From: Isurus oxyrinchus | Lineage: Eukaryota | Direction of reading: 5' to 3' | Length of the DNA stretch: 64,000 bases | NCBI GenBank assembly: GCA_026770705.1 | Contig: JANJGN010000026.1 | Location: forward strand, 36,580,001 to 36,644,000 | Shown here: positions 37,720 through 50,940 of the stretch, in pieces | Layout of the letters: every line of letters starts with the position of its first letter | Position numbering within the stretch: the first letter of the stretch is position 1 | The notes under the pieces: generated by a model | Told to the model about the DNA's origin: nothing | The model's database searches: none | The model's input: the letters and a program-made list of their open reading frames with translations, nothing else | Position numbers and translations under genes: made by a program

Positions 37720-38755
37720 AGGCAGCAATGGGTCCAGTCTGGAATGCTAGGTAAACGCTTGGCCTCTTTGTTAGGGAAAGATCTAAATCCTTTGGAGTGA
37801 GTGCAACAAAGTTTCATCAGACTGATTGCTGAGATAAAGTCTTACGAGAAGAGATTGAGTTGTCTGGGTCTATATTGCCCCGGGTTTCGAGGAATTGAGA
37901 TGTAATCTCATTTGAAACATGTAATATGGAAGACAGGGCAGATTCCCGGTGGATGTTTCCCAAGGCTGGTAAGTCTATAACTATGGGTCAAAGTTTCAGA
38001 ATAAACATTCGGCCATTAGAACTCAGAAGAGGAGAAGTCAAACCATTGTTGTGAGTCTGTACCTCAGAGAGCTTTGGATACTCAGTGCTGACTGTATTTA
38101 GGACGGTATTCGATAGATCTTTGGATACTAAAAGAATGAAGGAATATGGGGGCACTGCTGTAATGTGATTTTGAGGATGGAGATCAGCGACGATGTTATT
38201 GAATGGCAGAGCAGGTTTGAAAGGTGCTATAGCGGCCTCTCCATCTCTTTGTTAGGTTCTCTGCTTTGATTTCTTACATTCCTGAGAAATGCAATCAGCA
38301 ACAATCCATGTCTCTCTAGAACGATTGAACAGGCTGGGCCACTTTTCATTGTAAAAGAGGAAACCGAGGAGATATCAGAGAAACCTTTTAATTATGAATG
38401 TGTTCAATCGGGTGGATGTGGAGCAACTGGTAATTTGTGGCTGAGTCCAGAGCAATAGGAGATTATTATAAGGTAGCCACTAATTGAACATAAAGGCATT
38501 AAGAAAAATACATTTGCATGAACACGTGTCAGAAGGTGGAACTGGAGGTCACATGGAGTGGCTGGAGCAGAGAGCATTGATAGATTTATGGGAAGACTTC
38601 AAAATACAAGAGGAAGAGCGGAATAAACAGGCAGAAGGATGTGGACCGAATTGGTCATTTAGATTTCGGGCAGGAAGGGCTGGTTTGGAGTGAAAACAGA
38701 GGCATCAATCAATTAGGCCGAATGGCCTATTCCTCTTCTGCAGATTGTGTATAAT
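37720..38755 (+). mobile_element. two decayed CR1 3' fragments
   Basis: Remnants of CR1 RT C-terminus and 3' tails. Confidence 0.6.
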
Positions 38756-39675
38756 GTAAAACCTTCGAGAATACTCCGCTCAGAGAATCAGGGACAGAAT
38801 CAGTCAATGAGCGGAAAGAATTGAAATTGTCAGAGAGCCGGAAGAGACAGCTCCCAGTGAGTAACAGGGAAACCACTGCGGAAACTGAACAGACTGATCC
38901 CAACCGACAACTGAGAGAGATTGGGACAAGTTCCCACGATTGCAAAAAGCGCAAACAGCACATTAACGTAAAATAAAGTGAGAGTAACTGTAAATATTTC
39001 AAATTAAAAGGACACGGAGAAATTTGGGCCCTCATGTTAGATGAATATAGAGAAACAGATCAAAAAGTTGATAGAAACTCCCGAGCAGTGGTCAACTCCA
39101 GCAAATGATTAACCTTTGACCACCTATGTTCACTATCGGTTTGGCCCAATCAGTGCTGATGAATCTCATCAAGTTATTATGGATCTTGCTTTGATGCTAA
39201 ACAGTTCGGTTAGTCTCGGGCAATCATTTTGGAAACTGATTGCTTCGCTGGTAATAAAATGTTCCTTCTGGAAAAATAGAAACAGAAATGTAATATACAT
39301 TACATGCTGCACTGCTGTTGAAATCCGGTCCATCCTGTCGGTGCTGCCCCTCTAAAAATGCAACCCAATTATCCCCACTACTCTCTTTCCCTGTAGCCTT
39401 GTGTTTTTCCATGTTCCAACATTCATCCATTACTCGTTTGGAAAACACCCTTAACCAGTTTCACCGTCTGTTCAGACAATGCATGCCAAATAGTAAGAAC
39501 TCGCTCTGAAACACAAAATAACACCTCATCCTTTCACTGCTTCATATTTCAATAACAGTGAATGAAGTTAAAGCAGGTTATAAATTAAACAAACTCACCC
39601 AAAACCACAGCATCTACTACGATTAACAAGTTTCCCAGTCTCTAAATAGATTAAGATCAAATTTTTCTCCTGCAG

Positions 39676-39981
39676 ATTCCAGTTCCATTGTATCCCAGAA
39701 TCCGCCTGTCCAAATCTCTGCTGTGGGTGACACCGTTACTTTAAGCTGTGAGTATTCAGGTGTCTGTCAGTACACAGTACACTGGTACCGTCAGTCCCCA
39801 GGACAGGCTCCGGATTACTTGCTTCAGAGACATGCTTCAGGAGAAGAGGATAAAGAAAACACTGTTGGGGGGAGAAGTTCTGCTTCTATCGATCCTGCCG
39901 AGAAAATCAGCCGGTTAAATATCTCCAAACTACAACTGAGCGATTCCGCTGGGTATTACTGTGCACTGAGTCAGCGCACAG
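39676..39981 (+). CDS. leaderless NAR-TCR supporting TCR-delta V segment
   Basis: tcctgcag| phase-1 acceptor; DSSSIVSQNPPVQ..VTLSCEYSGVCQYTVHWYRQ..LQLSDSAGYYCALS; open frame, extra CDR1 Cys, no leader seen upstream. Confidence 0.9.
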
Positions 39982-40078
39982 CACAGTGATACAGAGCACG
40001 GAGGGTGCCATACAAAAACCTGAACATGGAGGGATTAGACACAGTGATAAAGAACAGGGAGAGAGCTGTACAAAACCT
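39982..40078 (+). other. tandem pair of 23-RSSs
   Basis: CACAGTG-23-ACAAAAACC (39982-40020) and CACAGTG-23-ACAAAACCT (40040-40078). Confidence 0.92.
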
Positions 40079-41569
40079 GAACATGGTGGGATTACAGACA
40101 TACAATGACACAGAGTGCAGGGATATTGGGAACTCAAACATTATTCACGAACATTTTCTCAAAGGTTGTCCGCATTTTACCGCACAGGATAAAGTGCTTA
40201 AACTGATCAGGTCTGCATTTCCTTCTCGCTCCTCCCACCCTTGAATTTTCCTCTCTGCCCAATGCTCCTGTGAATATACTTCATGAAATTATTTCACATT
40301 CTCACACTCCATTATTTCCCATGAATCGGTATTTTACCGATTCATAATAACTCAAGTGAGTTTATTGCCACCTTTTTCTACGGGGACCGGGAGATTTTTT
40401 TCTCTCTCTTGTTTGGTCCAGTCCGCCTTTTACCGATTGAGTTGATAAGAAGTCACCGCCTCCTGTGATTTCCCGGATTCTGCCTACGATCGGCTGAGAG
40501 ATTCTCTCAACTCAACAGGACATTTACTGTCTGTTGGAACCGAAAACTGGGGCACCTCTCGACTAGAAAGGATTTAGATCCAGACATGTAAGATAGCATT
40601 TCCCACAATTGAGCGCAGCTGGGAGTGGCCTCTATCTGTGACACGGACCGCTCTGCACTCGGGACAAACGGGCCACACATGCGGACTGGAACAACACAGC
40701 CTCTTACAATCGGCCTGTTCTATTTTAATGAACCGCCGCAGCCGCGCAGCGGGTTACTGGCCTCAAACATGACCGAAATCAAGTTTTATGAAGCTGATCA
40801 ATGATTTCCCCATAATGGATGACGTCAAAATGCCTTCTATCAGTCACAGTCCATGTTTCACCCAATCAACCAGGGCCAGGGGGTCGGGGACCGGTGGGTG
40901 GGGGAACAGCCGGGAGTGGGGCGCCTCCAGCTCAGCTGATAGCCTGGGCATAAGAATGGAGGCTATTTGACTAAAGGATGTAATCAGGAGCGAAATGGTG
41001 CTGGGCAAATAAATTACAACTGTTTCAAATCTGGATTTAGCTCAGTTTAGGGCCGCATTGTTCATAATTGATATTAGAACATGCCTGGAGGCCGGATGTT
41101 ACGTCACTATCCGTGTTCTCCTCTGTCTCCCCTGAGCAATTAGAGCTGCTCCGTCTGGTCTCACTACCTTCTCCCATTCCTCACTTAGATCAAGGGGGCT
41201 CTAATAAGATGATTTTGACCAGGTTCTCTCTTTCACCTGGTGACTCCTGTAAAGGGTACAAAGATATGAAGTCGAGGTAACTCTTTTTAGGCGAGGCCCC
41301 CAGAAGAAGTCCAGAATAAGCGTTGTCCACAAGTTGTTCATGCCCTGACAAGGTGTCTCAGGGAGTCTCCCAATGTGGTTCACTTCACAGGTGCAGCAAC
41401 AATGAGCATGGAAGGGTGACCCCCTGTCAGTGGCGAGCGTCCCTTTAAACTGCGTTTGCAATTAACACCAAGATCGTGTTTTTTCCCCATCACCTGGACT
41501 CTGTTGGAGAGTGCTTTACTTGAAGCATTTGCACCAACCGCTGTGCAGCATCTTTAAGTAAAGCGAGCA

Positions 41570-41900
41570 GACATTTTTGCAGCCTCACTGCGGCTCCCAG
41601 CTCTGACTTCAACTTCTTTATCGACATTACCTCGTGACCCCGAGTTCCATACTCCTCAGTTTGGGGAAACTTCCACCCAGTATCTGCCCTGTAAAGCCCC
41701 TGAAGAATACTATTTGTGTTCATGAGATCACCTCTCATCCTCTTAAACTCTAGGGATTATAGGCCCGGGCTACTCAATCTCTTCCCATTGGACAATCCAT
41801 TCATCTCAGGAATCACCCTGATGCACCTTTGCTGCACTCCTTCCAAAGCATCTTGATCTCTCTTCTGTAAGGACACCAAAACTTTACACAGTATTTCAGA
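41570..41900 (-). mobile_element. CR1 fragment
   Basis: MRGDL...IL.GL..FP..TRGH motif. Confidence 0.65.
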
Positions 41901-42512
41901 CTGGAGTCCATTTCAGTCCTCTCCTGCATAAAACTCACCCAACATCCTGGGGTCGGATTGCACTTTGAAAGGCGGCCAGAGATCATCCAATCCTTTTCTC
42001 CCTTTGGACGAGCTATTTCTTGCTGGTTGTCAATGAACATGCCACCAGTTTCTAATTGTTCCCTTATGTTCATGTTCTCCTTTATAAGATTAATGCATCA
42101 TCCTTATTCTCTCACTGCACTATGTTGTTTCCATTAACATTAATCAGGGATACAGATAAATTACAGCAATCCCAACTCTCAACATCTGCTTTAAAATAGA
42201 GAGAAGTGTCTGCAGTTCCAAACTTTCACGTTTCAGCCTGAGGGCTGAAAAGGAGGAGAGTGATTGGTTCTACGAAGACAATTGAAAGATATGGCGGGGA
42301 CAATGTCGCTAATTTCAGTCATTGATTGTCCAATAATAAAATTCCATATTTACCCACATCAGGATCACTTATATCTGAAGTCCGTTGTGTCACTCTCCCG
42401 TTTTTCTCCCGGGTCAGGTATTGAACAAGCCACTGCAGGTATCCAAACTTGCCGCAGTTGTGTTGAGTTTATTCACCTGGTGCCTCATTCACATTGTACG
42501 GCTTGAGAGACT

Positions 42513-43080
42513 TGCAGCTGTTAACCGTTTACACTGTTCAGTTTCTGAATTCCAAACAGAACGGTTAAACGAGTGGTTTCTGCAGTGCGGCCGCCGACAG
42601 CTCGAAGACCGTTGATCAGCGGAACTGGTTTTAGTCACGTTGAAGTCACACAATGGGACAAAATTAAAACACAATTTGCTGGAATTCAGAAATTGAACCG
42701 GATTTTATAGAATGAGCTGTTGGCTCTCTCTCTCTCTCTCTCTTTGCCTGTCTATTTCTCCCTGCCTCTATATCTTTCCTTCTTTCCCTGTCTCTGTCTG
42801 GGCCTCTCTCCTTTTGTCTATTGCATTCTCCTTCCCTTTCTAAATTTCTGGCTTTGTTGTTGTGTCTCTCAGTTGTCTCTCGTAATCTCTCTCTCTCTCT
42901 CTCCCTCTCTCTCTCCCTCTCTCCCTCTTTCTCTCTCACCCCCTCCCGTCTCTCTCGCACACACACTTTCTGCTCTCTGCGTCAATCTTTGTCTCCATCC
43001 TGTGACTCTTTCTGAGTGTCTCAGCATATTTTCCTCCTTTTCTCTCCCTCATCTCTCACTTTCTCTCTTTCATTCTACTT
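42513..43080. repeat. ~205-bp dispersed repeat plus CT-rich tract (copy 1; copy 2 at 47075-47375)
   Basis: Clear alignment from 'tgcagctgttaaccgtt' to 'attttatagaatgagc', followed by (CT)n in both copies. Confidence 0.85.
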
Positions 43081-46000
43081 TCCTTGGCTTTCATGCTCTA
43101 CTTTCATTGGTTCCAATCGAAAGTGTCACTTTTCCCTTTTTTGTTCAGAATCCGAAATATTCGCAAACTTGACTTTCTGTCAATAAAACGTTTTAACTTT
43201 GGATGCAAATTTACAGCCGGAAAGCGTCGGTTTCTGATTCTGGTGCTGTCAGAGGTGAAGATTCAGTGTTCACAAAATGAACTCCCACCATTCAGGTTAT
43301 ATGGCAGCCCAGCGATATTTTCCGTACAGTGCCTATATCGGTTTGTATCACTGAATATTCAGCACACAATAAAACATCCCACTGTCACACAGTTCTACAT
43401 CTTTCATGATTAAACTGAAAAAACGATCTGATACCCGGAGTGTTGAATAGATTCGGCCGCCCACACGCTCTGCTTACTGCCCTCCCTCTGAATTCATTTT
43501 GATTTTCAGTGTCAGCGCCTTCTCGTTTCTTTGGTGCCAGAAAAGATCATATCGGCGGCGACCTGTGGAGTTTCAACAGGGCAATACCATTCATCCTTTC
43601 TCCAAACATGATACTGATGATGCAGGTTGCTTAACTGTATTTGAATAGTACAGACTTTCGAATAGTCAATGAACAGAAGACAAATGGATGTTTAGATACT
43701 GGAGGCAACAATAAATCCTCGTTCCTTTCCTTCATCGCACCAACATTGTATGAGGCCATTCAGCTCATCGTGTCAGTGTAGCCTCTTTGGCAGAGGCACC
43801 AAATTGTTCGCACTTCACTGTTCACCCTGCTTTGTCTTGCAAAGGTTTCCATTTCAAGTAGTTACCCAATTACGTTTTTGACATTTGTTATTGAAACTGC
43901 TTCCACCAACCTATCCAGCAGTGCATTCCACAACTCAACAACTTAGAGTGCAAATAAATGGCTGCTCAGGTTGCCTTTGATTCTTTTGCGAATTAATTCA
44001 AATCCAAGTTCTCTGATTACCGAGATTTCCGCCGGTGGATGCAACTTCCCTTATTTATTCAACTAAAACAGCTCATAATTGTTAATATCTCCATCGCATG
44101 TCCTCTCAATCTTTTCTGTTCAACACAGAACAACCGCAGATTCTCAAGTCGCTCCACAAAGCTAAAGCCTCTCATCAGTTGAAGCTTCCTAATAAATCTC
44201 TCCCGCCCCTTCTGCAAGACCGTCAAATCACTCATCAGGTGTGGTTCACATATTTATACACAACAGTCCAACTGAGAACTTAACAGCTTTCTAGAAATGT
44301 TTAGCAAAGCATCCTAATCCTATTGATAAAATCAAGAATTTAAATTCTTCTTTACAGCAGTCCCAGCCTCCACTACCAACTTCAAACGTTTGTGCACTTT
44401 GCAAAGTCTCCATCTCTCTGTTCCGACAGCGCCAATGAACTTGCATCATTATGTTCATATCGGATATCCTCATCACCTTCAGGCATGAAGAAAGTCAAAC
44501 AGATAGGTGAGCAAAAAGTATCTGGAGAGGTGCAGAAGGGCTAACTGCAAGATACAGAACCATATGTAGATAACTGTTGAATACCTTTAACAGAATGCAC
44601 ATCACTTAACTTGCTGGGATTGGGGGGTCTGGTGGTTGGGGGTTCCAAACAATTACATATTGTGTGGAGTCAGGATGTCACATCGGAAAGACAGGGATAG
44701 TTTTTTTGTACGGGCCTCTCGTTGTCTGGTGACGTTCTGTTTCCTAGAACCTAGCTATCCACAGTGCTGTCAGACAACTTCGCCTAGTGAATGGTTAAAT
44801 GGACCGTTCTTGCAGCTTTATGTAAGGTAGCACATATCACATGCTTCCCAAATATGTTTGTTATGACTTGGCAGGCCTGGATGTGTGCCAGACGGACCAA
44901 ACCCACAAGGGAAACTTGGCCACGTTATCACAGTTTTGCAATTTGTTTTTATTCCGAGAAGTTTTGTGCACTGAATTCAGAAGTAATGAGCCTACTGGAA
45001 CCTTTAGAGATTTTTAAAAAACCATATTTAAACATATATTAACAACAGGAAATATTTCAAACACACACACATACGTTTAGAGTTGCTGAGTACTATAACA
45101 AATATCAAAATTCCTAATTTACCTGATTTCAACCTGCACACACCTATTGGGGAAATATTCTAAAATAGATTTTAAATTAAAATAAATACAAGCAAGCAAG
45201 GTTAGCAAAGGACACACTCGACAGCAGAATTCCAAAGGCTTTTACCCAACTTTAGCTCCTCGACACAGTTGACGTTTGCTCACATGGTTAGAGGCTTCCC
45301 CAAGGCTATTTCACACACTCCTGTTAGATATAACATACTTCCTGAAACACAGGCCCCATTACCTCAGTGGGTTGAATGATTGTGAATATCGGTGTCAAGC
45401 AGATGAAAGGCAGCATGTTATCAGATTAAGAAACACAACAGCAACAGAGGCTCAGGCCCACAGCAAAAACTTCATAAATCCTGAACAATATGGTATTGGG
45501 CACAATCCACCCTCCGAGTGAACAGTGGAGTTACATGAGTCAGCCACCTGAAAAATTCAAAGGAATTTAAATCTCTGCGATCCATGTGTGGAAATGGCAG
45601 CTTCGATGACAGGCTGACAGGTTGTTCGACATATGTCAATTTCCATTACCCCCCGAATCAACATCACTGAAGCAGATCACCAGGTCATTATCACCTTGTT
45701 CTTTGTGGGAGCTTGAGGTGGTAAATTGCCTGCCATGTTTCCCACATAAAGACACTCCAAAGCCTTCTTTGGTTGTAAAGTGCTTTTTAAAGTTCTGATG
45801 TCATGAAAGGCACTGTATAAATACATGTTCTTCTTTCCTTATTGTTCTTGAGAGGCATTTTGAGAATCAGAGCCAGAAGATGGGGTTGAGTTCTTTATAC
45901 TAAGTGCAGTGTTAAACGTTACAATAAATCTCACCATCTGGACTCTCTCTCCCTCTGTATTTTACTCTCTTTGTGTATTTTTGTGTCACTCTCTAGCTCT

Positions 46001-47409
46001 TTATTTCCATAACTCTATCTCTGAATTGTTGTGTGTCTTGAAGGGAGTTGAAGAAAGAAATATGCAGACAAATTAAGGAATTTAGTAACAAACAGATTAA
46101 TAATAATGGGGCTTGCGCAACGTAGTATTACGTCAGTAGAAGAAGTATGTAAAGGGGCTAAGGGAATTGAGTTCCCACAATGTGCACTGTTGTCTTTATA
46201 AAGCAAAATGCAAATAAAAAAGAAAGGCAAGGTAACGGCGAATGAAACTGATCAGGGTGAGAAGTAAAGGCAGTGGAGCATCTAGGCATTGATGACTATA
46301 ACAAAATATGCTCCAAGATGAGGATAGGGATTAATAAAATTTTGAGGGAAACCAACTAACCATCTGGTTGATTGAACGCTAGGCAATTCCAGTGAAGCGG
46401 GATGGTCGAGTGATTGAGGTAATGGGCATAAAATAGAATAAATGAATGCTCACGTGCAATTGAACTCCATTCCTGGGAGTTTGTTTATCAGTGCTGCTCC
46501 TACTTTTGTTGATTAAAGAAAATGGAGGTAAGGTACTGAAGTTGATGGACAGAGCAACAATTCTCTTAGTAAATGCGGAGCAAGCTCGAGGGGCTGAATA
46601 GCCTCCTTCTGTTCGTGTACGGAAATATTATGTCTCCAGATGCAGAGGTTAAGTTTGTCCCAGGGGGAGAGATGCAGAGAGGGGGACCGAAAAATAGAAT
46701 GTTGGGCTGACAGGGAAATAACAAGCAATTTATTTAAAGCAAAAAGAAATTTTGGCACAGTGTGTGACAATGACAGATAAGTTCAGGGGTTTAAAAGACG
46801 CTCTTGGAAAGTCAGTTGTTGAAGACGATTGGGATTTAATTGGGGCAACTGAATGCAATTGGGATTAAAACCATTAAATACTGTAGTGTTTAACAAAACA
46901 ATGTTGTAGAATTGGCGGGTATATGAACTCCTCGTATTTCTGTCTTACATCTCCCCATCTTTTAGCAGATTAATAAAAACAACTAATAAATAGTGGAGGT
47001 GAGTGGGGATGTTAGAGACTGCCGCTCTCAACTACCACATTTTCTAACCACCTAGCCTCAATGCCTGAGGGACGTGCAGCTGTTAACCGTTCTCACTGTT
47101 CAGTTTCCCCAGTTCTAAACAACATTTAAACGACCGGTTTCTCTACTGCGGTCGCTGACAGTTCGATGTCCGTTGCTCAGCAGAACCGGATTTAGTCAGA
47201 CTGAAATCGCACAATGGGACAAAATTAAAACACAATTTGCTGGAAATCAGAAATTGAACCGAAGGATTTTATAGAATGAGCGGCGGGCTCTCTCTCTCTC
47301 TCTCTCTTTGACTGTCTCTGTTTCTCCCTGCCTCTATATCTTTCTGTCTCTGTCCTCGTCTGCCCCTCTCTCCCTTAGACTAACAGTTGCGTCAAATCTG
47401 GGTGTGATT

Positions 47410-47640
47410 TACAGGGACATTATAGAGGGAGCTTTACTGTGGATCTAACCCCGTGCTGTACCTGTCCTGGGGGTGTTTGATGGGGACAGTATGCAGGAAG
47501 CTTTACTCTGTATCTTACCCCGTGCTTTACCTGCTCTGGGAGTGTTTGACTGTTATAGGGGAAGCTTTATTCTGTATTTAACCCCGTGCTGTATCTGCCC
47601 TGGGTTTCTTTTTGACAACGTAGAGGGAGCTTTACTTCGA
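47410..47640. repeat. ~66-bp minisatellite (~3.5 copies)
   Basis: gggagctttactctgtatctaaccccgtgctgtacctg..ctgggagtgtttga. Confidence 0.85.
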
Positions 47641-48885
47641 GAGGGAATGAAATAGAGAAAGGACGCGCAGAGAGAGGACGAGAGAGAGATCGGGAGCATT
47701 AACTTTTCATATGCAACTTTAAAAATTATATTATTGTTCTAAAATGAGTTGGTTTTGTAGTTAAACCGACTGTCTTTTTTTTCCAGACCTGTTTGGCCGG
47801 ACATTCAGAAACACAAGATCTTTTTTAAGAAATTGCTTTTTTACTGAAATAATCCTTTTCGGTTCAATCAAAGAAGTTCCTCGGGATTATTTTCCTGTCG
47901 AACTTTTTAGCTTTTGATCTTTTATGCGCCCTGGCATTTGAAAACCAACTGCTAACTGAATCCTAACGGAAAGTTTTCTGCTCGTGTTTGCACCGACTGT
48001 ATTACGTTCAATGTTACCGTGCATAACTTCGTTTCATCTAGTATGTTTCACTTTCAGTTAGGTTTAAACATCATTGCGTCAGATAGCTTGGAAATTGAAA
48101 ATAAGATGATTTTGAAAATAACTTGATTTCTTTCACTATGTTGTCTGCTATGTTCCATTCTATTGCAGTTTTAGCTCCTTACTTTGCTCAGGAGTATTAT
48201 AACAAATTATACGCATCTTGTGAAGTTTATCAATCGGTTTACTTTGTCTCTTTCTCTCTGTCTAACTTCATTGGATTCCATGGATATGTTTTGTCCAAGT
48301 AGAGATTAACACCATATCTCAGCAACTGTAATTTTTGATGATTCATATTTGGCACTAATTCCGATGTGTCAATGAAGAGAAAATGTCCACTAACTGGGAG
48401 CAACATCCTGTGCAGTGGGGAATTTGTAATCAACATGAGAGATAAGAGTGACTGATGATTTAGTAGAAGTGCCAGCGAGATTTGATTTAATCACACGACA
48501 CTTTTAAATGCTGCGTTAAGAGGGCAGCAAAGAGACCAAATATATCAGGGAATATATGAATACAGCCAGAAGTTGCTTCCCAACACGAATTACCTTGCTA
48601 GGCCATTCTAGAGGGCACTTAAAGCTCAACTACATGGCTGGGGCTGTGGAGTCACATGCAGGCCAGACCACGTAAGGACTGCAGGTTCCCTTCTCGAAAG
48701 GACATTAGAGAATCAGATTTTTTATGACAATAGATGATCGCCATTGGGACTAAGCTGTTTTCAATTCGAGATTGGTTTTATTAATTAATTGAACAGATTC
48801 AATTCCACTAGTTGCTGTGGGGGGCCGGGATGGGGGGTAGGGGGGGGGGGGTGAGATTGAACCCAGTCTCCACATCAGCACCGCC

Positions 48886-49407
48886 TGAGAGTTGGAGAAG
48901 TTTTGTAAAACGGGGAGAACAGAATAGAATCAGGAGGATAACAATCCTGGAAATATTGCACCACATCATAAAGTAATCACGATGTAATACAACGCAGTCA
49001 ACATCTGTAAGTGACAGACACCGGCAGGTCAACGCGTTCCTAAGTGACCTAAGGCCTTACAGGGACCAGTGATATTGCCGCTACCCCACCGTCCTGCATA
49101 ACTGCTAAGATAAAGTGGCAATTATGTACTCACATTGCCGTGAACTTCACTACAGTGCCATGGTCCAACAATGGTGATGAAAAATAATGAAAACCATTTA
49201 ATAAAGCAGAAATCAATTAGAGAAGTCTAAGAACTCTTTGTCGCTCAGATAACTTAGGAACGCGTGGACTTGCTGATGTTGCTCACTTTCAGATGTTGAC
49301 TGTCTTGTATTACATTGTGACTACATTATGATGTGATGCAATATTTCCAGGAATATTGACCTATTTTATTCTGTTCTCCCCGCTTTACAAAACTTCTCCA
49401 ACTCTCA
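48886..49407. repeat. inverted repeat with ~165-bp arms (48886-49054 and 49243-49407)
   Basis: The left arm is the reverse complement of the right arm with moderate divergence. Confidence 0.88.
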
Positions 49408-50468
49408 CATGGAGCTAGCACACATATGGTTTGAAAAATGATAATAACTGAAAATATTGAGATTAATGCTGCCATGTTCCCTATTTCCTAACAAGCTCTT
49501 GGTAGAAACATTTGCTCAAGTTTACAAACCGCCAGAAGAATTCGCTGGAATGCATATATTTCACTGTGGATTTTTTCTTCTGACTGGTATAACTGCCATC
49601 CTGCGGTTTTTGTTTTTCAGCTCAAAAAATAAACTAGGTCATCAAAACCCTGTTGTCTCAGATATAGATAAAGGGAAGATGGAGGAGAGCAGATTAATGA
49701 GTCAAATTATCAGAAAAGTGAAGGCGAGCTGTTTTAAATCCAGTCCAATACTCTTAGTGTGGGAGTAGAGAGCCTTTTGAGGGGCTGCGCTCAATAACTA
49801 TTCGTGGATTGGTGCACAGAATATCCCATTTGCTTACGCAGCGCCGCAAAGGCCAGTCCTGAGGCCAAGTCGAGTTACATACACCATTTGTACCAGTGTT
49901 GGGTGAAAAACAGAAAAAGATGTGGACAGGCCCAAAAGTTGCTATAATTAATTTACTATTTCCATCAACAATTACAGAAATCAAAGGACGGCCCAGTCCA
50001 TCCAGACTGCTCCGTAGTAGGAATTAAGTAAATTGGAATTGCAGTCTCTATGGTAATGTAGGAAATGGTCAAATTATGCATAGCAAGCTCCCACAAAGAG
50101 CAGTGTGATCATTTGTTTCACTGATATCGTTTGAGGTTTAAATGCACAGGAGATTTGACCAGCTCTTTTGTGCAATAAGTGGTGGGGTGTTTAAGGTCCT
50201 CCTCGGGGAGGAGGGCGGGAGTGCGTGAGAGGCAGAATTTCCATTTAATAGCTCATCCGAAAAATGCCACCACGGACATTGCAGCACTCCCTTCATACTG
50301 GCAGGAGAAGTGTCAGCCTGAGTTATGTGCTCACGCCTCTAGAGTGGGGCCTGAACACATTTCTGATAGAGAAGCAGAGTTGTGAGATGGAACAGTTAAA
50401 CTGAGCCGCGGATAGCACTTACCCACAAAGGGTGGGTTTCTTTGAGCTGGTAGTTCTACATCACTGCG

Positions 50469-50940
50469 GGTTTTTTTACAGCGACAGATGTGTTTTAAAC
50501 CAGTGTGTTGCGGCGGTGTCCTGGATTTCCACTCAAGTGATCATTAGAGGAAACTTCATTCCTTCGTTAGTCTGACCCGTCTCGGATTTCCCTTTGGTAA
50601 AATCTGCATCTCTTTTACTGCTTCTATCTCGATACAAAATAAAACGCGGAACCTGATTCGTGTGCTGTCTGTGCCAGTACAGGCCGGGATTACTATGATT
50701 TGTTGTGTAGCTACAGTCTATTTTCTTGCTGTCTCCTTCAGTAACATGCAGTGAGGTCTGAGGTTGGGACACAGAATCTGCCTGAATCAAACCTGAAATA
50801 AAACGTAACGAAAAACGAATGCAATACTGAGATTAAAAGTCTATTAACATCACATAACTGCAAACGGATAAAATTATCTGGCTGCACCTACTGAACATCA
50901 GCCACAATAAAATCAGATGACGATGTGGCATAAGCCACAT
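50469..50940 (-). pseudogene. TCR alpha/delta-type V pseudogene (leader 50940-50892, V exon 50792-50508, 23-RSS 50507-50469)
   Basis: ADSVSQPQTSLHVTEGDSKKIDCSY..LYWHRQ..FPLMIT*VEIQDTAA with YYC deleted; CACACTG-23-AAAAAAACC. Confidence 0.88.

Noticed and set aside
42513-47375. LTR pair of a retrotransposon
   Set aside because: No gag/pol, PBS, PPT or TSD recognisable
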